A stretch of DNA of 64,000 bases from an uncultured Bdellovibrionales bacterium (GCA_964436855.1 CAYTED010000005.1:2539-66538), one strand, 5' to 3'; counted from the first letter of the stretch, positions 9,233 to 19,222 are shown. Translations and numbers: made by a program. Notes: generated by a model from the sequence alone, not told the origin.

Positions 9233-11287
9233 TCACAACATTTTCTTCACTTGCGAGCGTTTCGATGCGGCACGTTTTCCGATTTTCCGCTCGAGTTCAA
9301 ATATTTCATCGCGAATAACCGCCGCCGTTTCAAAATCGAGCGTCTGTACCGCTTCTTTCATCTCGCGTTCTTTCAGGCGAATAAGTTTTTCCGGATTTTT
9401 CCGAAACACTTCTTCATCAAGGAGAAGATTTGCTCGTACCGCTTTCGAATGATCGCTTTCGAGTCGCTCGGTAATATCGTGAATTTTTTTCTCGATCGTT
9501 TTCGGCGTAATACCATATTCTTTGTTGTATGCGATCTGCCGTTCGCGACGCCGCGTCGTTTCGTTCAACGCATATTGCATCGAATCGGTAACACTGTCGG
9601 CATAGAGAATGACTCGTCCCGCAGCATTGCGTGCCGCACGACCGATAATCTGAATGAGCGATGTTTCCGATCGCAAAAATCCTTCTTTGTCCGCGTCAAG
9701 AATACCGATAAACGATACCTCCGGAAGATCGAGTCCTTCGCGCAAGAGGTTCACCCCGACAAGACAATCAAATTCCCCTTTTCGAAACGCCGTCAGGATC
9801 TTGATCCGGTCGATCGTTTTTATTTCGCTGTGCAGATATTCCGCTTTTACATTTTTTTCTTTCAGATATCGACTCAAATCTTCCGCCATTTTTTTGGTCA
9901 ATGTTGTTGCGATAACCCGACCTCCTTTTGTAATTTCGGTTTCGGCTTCATTGATAAAGTGCCCGATCTGCCCTTCATACGCACCTTCCGAGCGCACCGG
10001 TTGAACCGATACCTCCGGATCGGTCAGTCCGGTCGGGCGAATCACTTGTTCGGCGATATTTTCGCTTATTTTTCGTTCATATTCCGCCGGTGTCGCCGAT
10101 GTAAAAAGAATCGGTCCGACGCGATCGAGAAATTCTTCGTATTTCAACGGTCGATTGTCGAGTGCAGACGGTAAACGAAACCCGTATTCAACAAGGTTTT
10201 CTTTCCGCGACCGATCCCCCGCGTACATACCTCGCAATTGCGGCAGCGTCACATGTGATTCATCGATAATGGTGAGAAAATCCGGTGTACCGTCCGCAAG
10301 GTGCGGAAAATACTCAAGGAGCGTATCCGGAGCTTCTCCCGGCGCTCGTCCCGAGAGGTGTCGCGAATAATTTTCGATACCGGAACAATACCCGATTTCC
10401 TCGATCATCGAAAGGTCGTAATTCGTCCGGCGTTTCAAACGTTCGTATTCGAGCGGCTTACCAAGACGTTCCAATTCCTTTAATCGCTCGTCAAGTTCGA
10501 GCCGAATCGAAACAAGCGCTCGATCTCGCGCATCCTTGTCGGTGATAAAATGCTTTGCCGGAAAAAGAAAAATATCTTTCGGTTCGTCGAGCACCACTTG
10601 CGACACCGGATCTATTGTTGCAATGTGTGCGATTGTTCCATTTTCAATTTCGATCGAATACGAAAACCGCTCCGAAATCGGCATCACTTCCACCCGATTT
10701 CCAAGCGCGCGAAATGTCCCCGGGCCAAGGTCGGCATTCGTCCGTTCAAAAAAAATCGCAACCAGCTTGCGAAGGAGCGTATCACGCGAATATTCCATCC
10801 CGCACGAGAGTCGGAGATTTTCCTCCTCATATTCCTTCGGCGACCCGAGACCGTAAATACACGACACCGACGCGACAATAATCGTATCGCGACGCGTGAG
10901 AAGCGCCTGCGTCGAGGCGTGCCGCAACCGATCGATTTCCTCATTGATCGAGGCATCTTTCTCGATATAGGTGTCCGTCGCGGCGACATAGGCTTCCGGC
11001 TGATAGTAATCGTAATAGGAAACAAAGTAATGCACGGCATGATCAGGAAAAAATTCCTGATATTCCTGCGCGAGTTGCGCCGCAAGCGTTTTGTTATGCG
11101 CGATCACGAGGGTCGGTTTCCCCACATTCGCGATCACATTCGCCATGGTAAATGTTTTCCCCGACCCCGTTACGCCAAGAAGAGTCTGAAACCGGTTCCC
11201 GCGCGACAAACCATCCGAGAGCGATTCGATCGCCTTCGGTTGATCCCCGGCCGGCTTCCAATTTGATTGTATGTGAAACGTTGACAT
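9233..11287 (-). CDS. uvrB: Excinuclease ABC subunit B
   Basis: GDQPKAI, GVTGSGKT, YFVSYYDYYQPEAY, DESH, GRAARN, C-terminal UVR domain. Confidence 0.98.
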   Translation of the reverse strand: MSTFHIQSNWKPAGDQPKAIESLSDGLSRGNRFQTLLGVTGSGKTFTMANVIANVGKPTLVIAHNKTLAAQLAQEYQEFFPDHAVHYFVSYYDYYQPEAYVAATDTYIEKDASINEEIDRLRHASTQALLTRRDTIIVASVSCIYGLGSPKEYEEENLRLSCGMEYSRDTLLRKLVAIFFERTNADLGPGTFRALGNRVEVMPISERFSYSIEIENGTIAHIATIDPVSQVVLDEPKDIFLFPAKHFITDKDARDRALVSIRLELDERLKELERLGKPLEYERLKRRTNYDLSMIEEIGYCSGIENYSRHLSGRAPGEAPDTLLEYFPHLADGTPDFLTIIDESHVTLPQLRGMYAGDRSRKENLVEYGFRLPSALDNRPLKYEEFLDRVGPILFTSATPAEYERKISENIAEQVIRPTGLTDPEVSVQPVRSEGAYEGQIGHFINEAETEITKGGRVIATTLTKKMAEDLSRYLKEKNVKAEYLHSEIKTIDRIKILTAFRKGEFDCLVGVNLLREGLDLPEVSFIGILDADKEGFLRSETSLIQIIGRAARNAAGRVILYADSVTDSMQYALNETTRRRERQIAYNKEYGITPKTIEKKIHDITERLESDHSKAVRANLLLDEEVFRKNPEKLIRLKEREMKEAVQTLDFETAAVIRDEIFELERKIGKRAASKRSQVKKML

Positions 11288-11328
11288 TCGGATTAGATAA
11301 TGATAAAATATTTTTTCGATCTTTAACA
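11281..11328 (+). promoter_or_regulatory. Sigma70 promoter followed by a boxA-like motif
   Basis: TTGACA(11281)-17-TAAAAT(11304) with TG extension; CGATCTTTAACA at 11317-11328; GGAGGAGG SD before GTG 11369. Confidence 0.6.
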
Positions 11329-11368
11329 GATTTTATCATCGTAGCACAACAACTGGAGGAGGGTAATC

Positions 11369-12169
11369 GTGGGAAACACCTTTCTTGATTTTCTAGATAA
11401 GGAAGCGCCATGGATCGTGTGCGGGATCATTCTTCCGCTCATCCTGATCCCTCGTGAGATGCATGGGATTGCGCTTGGCGTCGCAGGCGCAACCTTTCTC
11501 GGAGTCCCGCAATTTCTTCTGTGGTTCACCCAGATGAAAATTTTCGTAACGGCGCGAAGGCCGGAGCTTCCGAAGGATAGCACGGCCTCCGAATCGACGG
11601 TTATCTTCATTGGCGATTCCATCATTGCCGGATACGGCGCTTCCGGTCCGCCGGCGACGCTCTTCGGTTACTGCGTGCAAGCAGAATATCCCGTTACCAT
11701 CCAAGCTGTTCCATTCAAGGGAACGGTCGCGTTTCTTGAGCCGGCCTTTAACATTCCAAGACTCCCGGAGGGAAAGCGGTATCGCGCGGTCATTCTCACG
11801 GTTGGCGGAAACGATGCCATCCCAATCGTGAGCGGATCAACCCGGGCGATCAAGACTGCATTCAGCAATCTCCTGAATCGCGCAACAGCGATCGGGAAAA
11901 AAACGATTGTCCTTGCGAACTTCGAAGGACTCGGGGAAATATATCCTGTGTGGTGGCTTCGAATCGTTTTCCGCTGGCGCGGACAGAAAGTTCGCGCGAT
12001 ATTCGAGCAGGTGTTGCGCACCAAGCAGTTATCAGAATGCAAGATCGAAGTCGAAGTAATCGATATCGCCCCGATCATCACCGGCTCGGGTCGCCAAGCC
12101 GCCGATGGCGTTCATCCGAACGACAGAACGTATGAGGATATCTGGCGGGCAATAAAAGACTTCCTCTAA
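11369..12169 (+). CDS. SGNH/GDSL hydrolase with N-terminal membrane anchor
   Basis: Blocks IGDSI, GGND and DGVHP; strong SD; terminator downstream. Confidence 0.85.
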   Translation: MGNTFLDFLDKEAPWIVCGIILPLILIPREMHGIALGVAGATFLGVPQFLLWFTQMKIFVTARRPELPKDSTASESTVIFIGDSIIAGYGASGPPATLFGYCVQAEYPVTIQAVPFKGTVAFLEPAFNIPRLPEGKRYRAVILTVGGNDAIPIVSGSTRAIKTAFSNLLNRATAIGKKTIVLANFEGLGEIYPVWWLRIVFRWRGQKVRAIFEQVLRTKQLSECKIEVEVIDIAPIITGSGRQAADGVHPNDRTYEDIWRAIKDFL

Positions 12170-12194
12170 GAGGGTTAAGCCTGCCACCAATCCA

Positions 12195-12227
12195 GGCCGA
12201 GCACATACAATGCTCGGTCGTTTTTTT
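12195..12227 (+). terminator. Intrinsic terminator
   Basis: GGCCGAGCA-7 nt-TGCTCGGTC followed by G and T7. Confidence 0.75.
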
Positions 12228-12229
12228 GA

Positions 12230-12913
12230 TCAATTTTTCCGATCAAACCATCGGCAAGCGCAATGCCATATATGTCGTCCTTTATGCCGATGTTCGTAGA
12301 GAAAAAAGAAAAACCAGACAATCGCAATACCGACCGCGATATCGATAAACTGTTTCACGAAGGCGATATCTTTCCATATATTTTCGATCGCCGCAAATCC
12401 GAAGTACCCGATCGCGATGTATCCGACATCTTTCAGAAAATACCCGCCGAATGTCGCGCCGAGAAAGACTCGCCAATTCATCTTGAAAATTCCGCAGACG
12501 ATCGAAACCGGCGTCGTCGGAAGAAACGGAAATACGCGAATGAGAAACAGCATACCGCCGTCTTTCCAATGATGCCCCGTAAAACGCTTGCCGACGTTTT
12601 CTATTTCTGTATGACGAACACCGATCCACTTTCCGACCGTTCCAATAAGAAGATCTTCCAATGTGTCGCCGATAAAATAATAGACATACGCTCCGATTGT
12701 TTTTCCAACACTCGCAAGCATCGCAAGAGTCCCAATATGCCCCCACGTATCTCCCGAGGCGAGCGCGAGGGCGCCGGTAATACCCGTTACAAGCATCGCC
12801 GGAATCGGACTTATGATTTCCTCTGCGAGCGACCCGAGAAACACAAACCATTCGGGCGATACACTTTGAGACAATGTGCGCAACCATATTTCCGACGTTT
12901 CCACAAAAAACAT
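12230..12913 (-). CDS. DedA/VTT (SNARE-associated-like) membrane protein
   Basis: EEIISPIP, GKTIGAYVYYFIG, RVFPFLP; several TM segments. Confidence 0.8.
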   Translation of the reverse strand: MFFVETSEIWLRTLSQSVSPEWFVFLGSLAEEIISPIPAMLVTGITGALALASGDTWGHIGTLAMLASVGKTIGAYVYYFIGDTLEDLLIGTVGKWIGVRHTEIENVGKRFTGHHWKDGGMLFLIRVFPFLPTTPVSIVCGIFKMNWRVFLGATFGGYFLKDVGYIAIGYFGFAAIENIWKDIAFVKQFIDIAVGIAIVWFFFFLYEHRHKGRHIWHCACRWFDRKN

Positions 12914-12963
12914 AATTCCTGCCAAAAATCGAATTGATTCCCTTATGATACAATGAATCCACT

Positions 12964-14817
12964 ATGATTTCCACGATGCTTTCGCGATGCCTTCGGCCAA
13001 CCTTTCTCCTCTCCGCCGTCCTTGCGGCGTATTTTTTGTTTGGACTCTCGCATCTCGAAAAATTCATCACCGCCGACGAACACTATTGGATCTACGAGCG
13101 CATTCCGGCGTATTTTGACGCAATCGGCGATGGCAAATGGAAAAAAACGCTCGTAAGCGACAAGCCCGGTGTTACCCTCGCGCTTATTTCCGGGCCAGCG
13201 CTTTTTTTCTTCGATCACCCCGAATCGCATTGCGCGGAAGGACAGGATAAAATCATCCGCTGCGATATCGCGCAGTCAGAATCTTTGTTATTCGCATTTC
13301 GATTTCCTCTTCTTCTTGCAAATCTCTTCTTCCTTCTCGTTTCATTTTTTCTTTTGCGAACCGCGTTCCAAAGCGATTGGGTCGCCCTTCTTGCCACTCT
13401 CTTCACCGCCACCTCACCGATTCTCGTCGGCATTTCACAAATTTCCAATCCCGACGCAATCCTTTGGTCGATCGGATTTGCCGCGATCGCCGGATACCTC
13501 GCGTGGCTTCGAACATATCGCTTTCGATTTCTTTTTTTTGCCGCACTCTTTTTTGGCTTCGCACTCCTTGCTAAATACGCCGCACTCATACTTCTTCCGT
13601 TCTTTCTCTTCTTTTCACTCGTGTTCTTTCTGTTCGAAAAAAATGACGATGCATCATTTCACAAAATATTCCGAGAACACCTCCTTTTCTTTCTTGCTCT
13701 TCCCATCATCGCATGCTGCGTGTTTGCATTCTTCCTTCCGGCGGTTCTCGTAAACCCCGATGGATTTTCAAAAACTTTGGCAGAAAATTTTCCGAAATTC
13801 AACCCGAAAACGCTCGGAATCGGGCTTCTGCTTTTTACCCTCCCCTTCCTTGACGCATTTCTTTTCCGGAGCCGAATATTCCTCGCGATCAAGCGCTTTT
13901 GGACAAAAAAACCATACACCGGCATTCGTCCCCTGCCGCTTGTTTTCTTGTTTGCCGCGCTCGTCGGCATGCGGTACGCTTTTCCGCAATGGGACATTTT
14001 CTCCGCCATTCCTTTTGATATGAAGGATCTCTCGAATGCGCGCTATTATGCCAAGAGTCCTCTCAATATCTGGGAAAAGATTTTCCTCGAAACGAATCCG
14101 TTTCTTTTCTCTCTCGCCCCGCTCACACTCTTTGGGATATTCGTCTCGTGGATCCTTGCAACCTTCCAAAAGAATTTTCGATTTCTCTTCGAAGTTACGG
14201 TGCTTTCGCTTTCCTTTTTTTATTTCCTCCTCGTGCTCATTATCGGCAACACGCTTGGCACGCCGCGATACCTTGTGCTTCTCTATCCTCTCGCCGCGCT
14301 TATTGCCGCGATCGGTTATGTCAATATTTTCTCTCTCTTGAAAGCTCGCGTATATTCTTTTCGATGTGTACGTGAGAAAGCTTTTTTCTTCCTCCTTATC
14401 GGATCTCTTATTCCGCTTTTTTCCACTACGCCGTTTTTCTTGAATTATTCAAACATTCTTCTTCCGCGACACGCACTCATAAGCGATGCGTGGGGCTATG
14501 GCGGATACGAAGCCGCGCAATATTTGAACGCTTTGCCGAATGCGAAAAACCTGACCGTCTGGTCGGATTACTACGGCGTGTGTGAATTTTTCATCGGTCA
14601 TTGCGTGACCGCGTACACCTTCGACCGCGAGACCATAAAACCGGATTATTATATCCTCACCCGTCGTGGAAAAATTCGCTATATGCCGCGTTTTGAACGA
14701 TGGGAACGAATCTCCGGCTTGCAAGCATATCGTTTCTACGACCGAACCGACCCCAATTGGTCGCTTTCTATCAATGGAAATCCAAACAATTCCATCCGCA
14801 TCTTCAAAACCCTCTAA
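12964..14817 (+). CDS. GT-C fold membrane glycosyltransferase (ArnT/PMT-like)
   Basis: TADEHYW, DKPG, NPDA, LAKY and RYL motifs; about 12 TM helices plus a soluble C-terminal domain. Confidence 0.8.
   Translation: MISTMLSRCLRPTFLLSAVLAAYFLFGLSHLEKFITADEHYWIYERIPAYFDAIGDGKWKKTLVSDKPGVTLALISGPALFFFDHPESHCAEGQDKIIRCDIAQSESLLFAFRFPLLLANLFFLLVSFFLLRTAFQSDWVALLATLFTATSPILVGISQISNPDAILWSIGFAAIAGYLAWLRTYRFRFLFFAALFFGFALLAKYAALILLPFFLFFSLVFFLFEKNDDASFHKIFREHLLFFLALPIIACCVFAFFLPAVLVNPDGFSKTLAENFPKFNPKTLGIGLLLFTLPFLDAFLFRSRIFLAIKRFWTKKPYTGIRPLPLVFLFAALVGMRYAFPQWDIFSAIPFDMKDLSNARYYAKSPLNIWEKIFLETNPFLFSLAPLTLFGIFVSWILATFQKNFRFLFEVTVLSLSFFYFLLVLIIGNTLGTPRYLVLLYPLAALIAAIGYVNIFSLLKARVYSFRCVREKAFFFLLIGSLIPLFSTTPFFLNYSNILLPRHALISDAWGYGGYEAAQYLNALPNAKNLTVWSDYYGVCEFFIGHCVTAYTFDRETIKPDYYILTRRGKIRYMPRFERWERISGLQAYRFYDRTDPNWSLSINGNPNNSIRIFKTL
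14777..14798 (+). repeat. 22-bp direct repeat, copy 1 (inside the glycosyltransferase 3' end)
   Basis: GAAATCCAAACAATTCCATCCG, identical to 15658-15679. Confidence 0.9.
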
Positions 14818-14820
14818 CAT

Positions 14821-14856
14821 ACAAAGGACCGTCCTTAGCAAAGGACGGTCCTTTGT
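14821..14856. repeat. REP-like palindrome on the left of the RAYT
   Basis: ACAAAGGACCGTCCTT-agca-AAGGACGGTCCTTTGT (16-bp stem). Confidence 0.9.
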
Positions 14857-14869
14857 TAATCAGACTTTG

Positions 14870-15544
14870 TTAATCATGACAACTACCATACGAAAGCCAG
14901 TATTTGTGAAATTTTTCAAAACTCCCCTTGTCTTGAAAAAAATCTGGAAATTCTTTTTTATTCAAAATACTTGATTCAAGTCGCTCTATACCAAGATAAT
15001 CCATATAACTTGAGTATGGATATTGATGTAAATATTCCACAGCACCATCTATCGATTTCAGTCCAACTTTTTTCCAATTTGGCTCGATTATCTTTATAGG
15101 ATTCAAATGGATGTACGAATACAAATAATGAAAATAATTTTCTGTATGTACGTGTTCTGATTTAAACCTTCCTTCAAAAAGCACGCCAGATCGCTCATGT
15201 TTCTTATTTATATACATTGAAAATCCAGTAAGAAGCTTTTTCATAAATAAACTCGTTCCACCATCAACAATCTCGTGAACAAGGATATGAAAGTGATTTG
15301 GCATCAAACAATACGCGCCAATAGCAACCAATGGCTCTCCGCGATCCAAAGAAAATACATCCTTATATTCAATGTCTCCACTTTTTAATTTCCGCATATC
15401 AACCAACTCTGATCCATTGCATAAATAAAGCAGCACAAGAAATCGTCTATAATCTCGCTCATCCCAAAAAATCTTGCGTTTGTCGACGCCACGATTATAG
15501 AGATGATAGAACTCGTTTACTGCAAGCGGAATTCTTCTTTTCAT
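14870..15544 (-). mobile_element. REP-associated tyrosine transposase (RAYT, Y1 HUH, IS200/IS605 TnpA superfamily)
   Basis: YHLYNRG, AYCLMPNHFHIL (HUH), YIHLNP, YPYSSY; AT-rich; palindromes on both sides. Confidence 0.9.
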
Positions 15545-15555
15545 AATTATCTTCA

Positions 15556-15615
15556 GTATATTACAAAGGACCGTATATTACAAAGGACCGTCCTTTGCAA
15601 AGGACGGTCCTTTGT
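15556..15615. repeat. REP-like palindrome on the right of the RAYT plus a 17-bp tandem duplication
   Basis: Perfect 36-bp palindrome ACAAAGGACCGTCCTTTGCAAAGGACGGTCCTTTGT (15580-15615); GTATATTACAAAGGACC twice (15556-15589). Confidence 0.9.
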
Positions 15616-15657
15616 TGGTGGGGTCAGCCTACATTACAGCGGTCTTTCCGCTGTATT

Positions 15658-15679
15658 GAAATCCAAACAATTCCATCCG
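15658..15679 (+). repeat. 22-bp direct repeat, copy 2
   Basis: GAAATCCAAACAATTCCATCCG, preceded by hairpin TACAGCGG-tcttt-CCGCTGTA (15635-15655). Confidence 0.9.
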
Positions 15680-15703
15680 TGTTTTTTCCACCGAAGGGCA
15701 AGA

Positions 15704-18700
15704 TTACCGCCCCTGATTATAGAGACTTCCGATCTCCGAAGAAGAAAGTGCTCGATTGTAAATACGAACTTCATCGATCGATCCGTCAAACGGATTTGAC
15801 CCATCGTCCGCTTCGGCACCGATACGCAGGTTGTATGTTCCGCTTGAATATATATTCCCGCTCGTCGATGAGGCAATACTACTCACATCCGTTCCGTTTA
15901 CATAAATCTTACAGTCGGAACCGTCATATGTGCCGACAAGAAAGTACCACTGCCCCGCCGTATACGTTGAGGTTGTGTCACATATTTCATTTGCTGTCGC
16001 CCCATCGGAAGAAACGGAAAAAGTAAATTTATTTGAAGAAGTATTGTCTACCGCAAGTAAGTACTGCCTCGAACCGCTTGCTCCCCATTTGGAAACAATT
16101 CTTTTATTCAGCGTCGTAACATCCGGCTTGACCCACGCCGATACGGTGATATTCGACGGCTCCACCGCATCTCCCATATCGATATAATCATCCGTTCCAT
16201 CAAAAGAAATTCCTTGCCCTATCCTGCCGATCGTCTTCACCGGACCACCTGTCAATGTTCCATTGTTCCCCCTTCCAGAACGATCGATCGTTACCGTACT
16301 GCTCGAAAAGCCTTTCCCATTAAACGGCCAGTAGCCCACAAGTCCGGTATCCACACCGCTCGGCGCCGTGGTACGGTAGAGACGTAACACTTCCTCAACA
16401 GAAAGAGGTCGATTATACAAACGAATATCGTCAAGTTTTCCATCAAACGGATTTCCCGCATCGGATTCGGCTCCAAAGTTAAGCGCCACCGCATTCGCAA
16501 GACTATTCACATTGCCAAATGTTCCCGTATTGGTTGTTGATTGTTCGATACCATTAATATACATCTTTGAAAGCGAGGAGGATGAGTCATTCCATATGAT
16601 TGTAAAATAATTCCACCCGGTAGATGTAAATGTGGAACTTGACTCCATCTGATACTCATCGGTTCCATCGGACACTTCGAAGGTAAGTTTATCGGTCGCA
16701 TCATCAACATAAACGATATAACCGGTATCGGTTGACGCGATTCCATTTCGTTTGGCGAGAATCGTATCATCGGTAGTAAAGGTATCCCGATTAAACCAAC
16801 CGGTTACAGTGAAATTCGCAGAATCCGCAATATCAAGAACCCCCGAAGCAGGATCGGAAACAGTGATATAATCATCCGTTCCATCAAAATCTACCGCGCC
16901 GTTGATCTGTCCTGTTGTCCATGAAGGACCGCCCGTGAGTGTTCCGGTGTTTGCATTTCCGGTTGCATCTGCGGCGCTCGTCCCGCTTCCGTCGTCGAGT
17001 TTCCAGTACCCGAGAAGACCCTCGGAAAGTGGCGTTGTCGACGAGGTATTTATTTTCGCCGGAGCTCCCTCGCGATACAACTGGTACATTTCCGATGCGG
17101 TAAGTCCCCGATTGAACACTCTGATTTCATCGACACTTCCGGTAAAGAACTGACTTGATCCATTGGTTGATCCGATGGTATCCGCCCCCGTAGGAGACCC
17201 CTGCGTGTATGTGGCATTGCCAAACGTAACCGATTGCGTTACAAGAAGCACTCCATCGAGATACAAATAAATCGTATCATTGGGAATATCGAGAACGCCG
17301 CTCACCAAGTGCCACTCATTGAGCGATGGCGCGGTTGCCGTTGCCTGCTGAAAAGAATCCCCCGATCCGCTCCGCCCCCCAACAGCGATTTTCCCGTTGT
17401 CATATAAACCAAGAAGTCCACCCGTCGATCCGGTCGCCACATCGTACGACAATACTCGAGCGTACGATGCCGCTGAAGGATGAGCGCTTGGTTTCATCCA
17501 TGCCGCAAGCGTAATCTGCGAGGCACCGCTCACATCCGGCCCGATTGCATTCGCCCCTAAACTCACATATTGATTCGATCCGTTCAGCGTCAGCGATTGA
17601 CCAACCGTTCCCACACTCTTCGTCGGGGTATTTGTAAGGGTGCCGTTATTCGCTGCTCCACTCCAATCTATTGTTCCTGTGGAAGTCGCGTAGCTTTCTC
17701 CGTCAAAAGACCAGTATCCTTTCAAGGCAGTATCGAGCGCGGTTGGTGCTGTCGTCTGATACAATCTTTCCGCCTCCTCATCCGATAATGCTCGATTGTA
17801 GAGCCTTGCCTCATCCACCTTTCCATTAAAATAATTTCCATAGGTGTCATATCCGATGCGCAATTCATCTGCATCGGTAATAATATTTCCTGAAATCGCC
17901 TGACTTCCAGTTCCGGAACGTCTCCCATTGATATATATCCGAACAAATCGCCCATCATATACACCCATAAGATGATACCACTGACCAGTCGAGAGCGTTT
18001 CCGAAGCATCCACACGCGTGCCGGTTGAGTACCATGTATTATTTGTTGTCGCCACGACAAAATGTACAGCACCAGTCGAATCAATATTCAAACGGTATTG
18101 TCCGACAGTATTTGATTTCGAGATTGGCATATAATTTGTCGCCGGCAAAGCATCCATATTGATCCATATTGAAAGCGACATCTGCGACATTCCCTCGTGA
18201 ATCGATTGATCCCCCATCGTGATATAGTCGTTCGTTCCATCGAGATCAACTCCTCCTCCGATTTGTCCCGTTGTCCATGTCGGACCATTTGTCAGTGTCC
18301 CATTCTTTGCATGTATACTTGAATCTGTTGCCGTCGTTCCACTTCCATCATCAAGTTTCCAATATCCCGCGAGACCATAGCTTAATGAATCGTTCTGCGG
18401 GGAATTATTGACAGTATTTGATCCAGCTTTCACATAGAGTTGTTGCACCTCGGTTGCCGAAAGCGCACGACTGTACACCCGAACATCGTCTATATACCCC
18501 TGAAAAGGGGTAAGGAGAGATCCTCCGTTCCGCCATGTCCCCACAAGCGGCTCATCTCCGGCATCAATATTTCCATTGGCAGCATCGCTGGTAGCCGCCA
18601 ATACACCATCAACATAAAGTTTGAGACGTTTCGATGAAAGCGTTTTGTCGAATGTCGTGCAAACGTGATACCACTTGCTATTCCATGTTCCTGTAGACTT

Positions 18701-19222
18701 TGCCAGAGAAACAGAATATGCCGTCGAGCTAATGCGAATATAACTGGAAAGCACAGTGCTATTTGTCGTCAGATATCCGGAGATGGTTACATAATCGCCG
18801 GTTGAATTTCCATGAGAAAATCCAGCTTTTGACGATTGCGTCGCGGTTGAGTAAAACCAGTGACACCAACTTCCCGCCGCCCCCACATCAAAAGTGGCGG
18901 CATCGGTGATAGCAACCCGGTCGTCACTTCCATCAAGACTGACCGCCTGGCCGACTTGCCCGCGAGTCAGTGTTGGTCCGTTCGTGAGCGTTCCGTTATG
19001 TCCGCCGCTTGACCGGTCATATGCCGTCGTACCGCTCACGTCGTCGCCATCAAATGTCCAATATCCTATCAAACCATTCGATGCATCTACGTTTGTTGAC
19101 TGTTGCAGTTTTACCGCCGCACGCGTCTTCGCCCATTCATACACCCCAAAACCGACCGACACGGTAATGGCGATAATAAAAACATATTGGAAGGCGCGGT
19201 GCCAAACGAGAGGGAGAGGCAT
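15704..19222 (-). CDS. Large surface protein with five LamG/concanavalin-A-like domains
   Basis: N-terminal TM; five repeats running from 'GL.GYW.(F/L)D' to 'DE.R.YNR.LS..E...LY'. Confidence 0.9.
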   Translation of the reverse strand: MPLPLVWHRAFQYVFIIAITVSVGFGVYEWAKTRAAVKLQQSTNVDASNGLIGYWTFDGDDVSGTTAYDRSSGGHNGTLTNGPTLTRGQVGQAVSLDGSDDRVAITDAATFDVGAAGSWCHWFYSTATQSSKAGFSHGNSTGDYVTISGYLTTNSTVLSSYIRISSTAYSVSLAKSTGTWNSKWYHVCTTFDKTLSSKRLKLYVDGVLAATSDAANGNIDAGDEPLVGTWRNGGSLLTPFQGYIDDVRVYSRALSATEVQQLYVKAGSNTVNNSPQNDSLSYGLAGYWKLDDGSGTTATDSSIHAKNGTLTNGPTWTTGQIGGGVDLDGTNDYITMGDQSIHEGMSQMSLSIWINMDALPATNYMPISKSNTVGQYRLNIDSTGAVHFVVATTNNTWYSTGTRVDASETLSTGQWYHLMGVYDGRFVRIYINGRRSGTGSQAISGNIITDADELRIGYDTYGNYFNGKVDEARLYNRALSDEEAERLYQTTAPTALDTALKGYWSFDGESYATSTGTIDWSGAANNGTLTNTPTKSVGTVGQSLTLNGSNQYVSLGANAIGPDVSGASQITLAAWMKPSAHPSAASYARVLSYDVATGSTGGLLGLYDNGKIAVGGRSGSGDSFQQATATAPSLNEWHLVSGVLDIPNDTIYLYLDGVLLVTQSVTFGNATYTQGSPTGADTIGSTNGSSQFFTGSVDEIRVFNRGLTASEMYQLYREGAPAKINTSSTTPLSEGLLGYWKLDDGSGTSAADATGNANTGTLTGGPSWTTGQINGAVDFDGTDDYITVSDPASGVLDIADSANFTVTGWFNRDTFTTDDTILAKRNGIASTDTGYIVYVDDATDKLTFEVSDGTDEYQMESSSTFTSTGWNYFTIIWNDSSSSLSKMYINGIEQSTTNTGTFGNVNSLANAVALNFGAESDAGNPFDGKLDDIRLYNRPLSVEEVLRLYRTTAPSGVDTGLVGYWPFNGKGFSSSTVTIDRSGRGNNGTLTGGPVKTIGRIGQGISFDGTDDYIDMGDAVEPSNITVSAWVKPDVTTLNKRIVSKWGASGSRQYLLAVDNTSSNKFTFSVSSDGATANEICDTTSTYTAGQWYFLVGTYDGSDCKIYVNGTDVSSIASSTSGNIYSSGTYNLRIGAEADDGSNPFDGSIDEVRIYNRALSSSEIGSLYNQGR

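Noticed and set aside
14821-15615. CRISPR array, or IS200/IS605 element with TnpB
   Set aside because: Only two palindromes, no spacers, no cas or tnpB gene. I found no CRISPR array anywhere in the window.
15704-19222. Diversity-generating retroelement target
   Set aside because: No reverse transcriptase in the window and no TR/VR pair with adenine-specific differences; the repeats are domain duplications.
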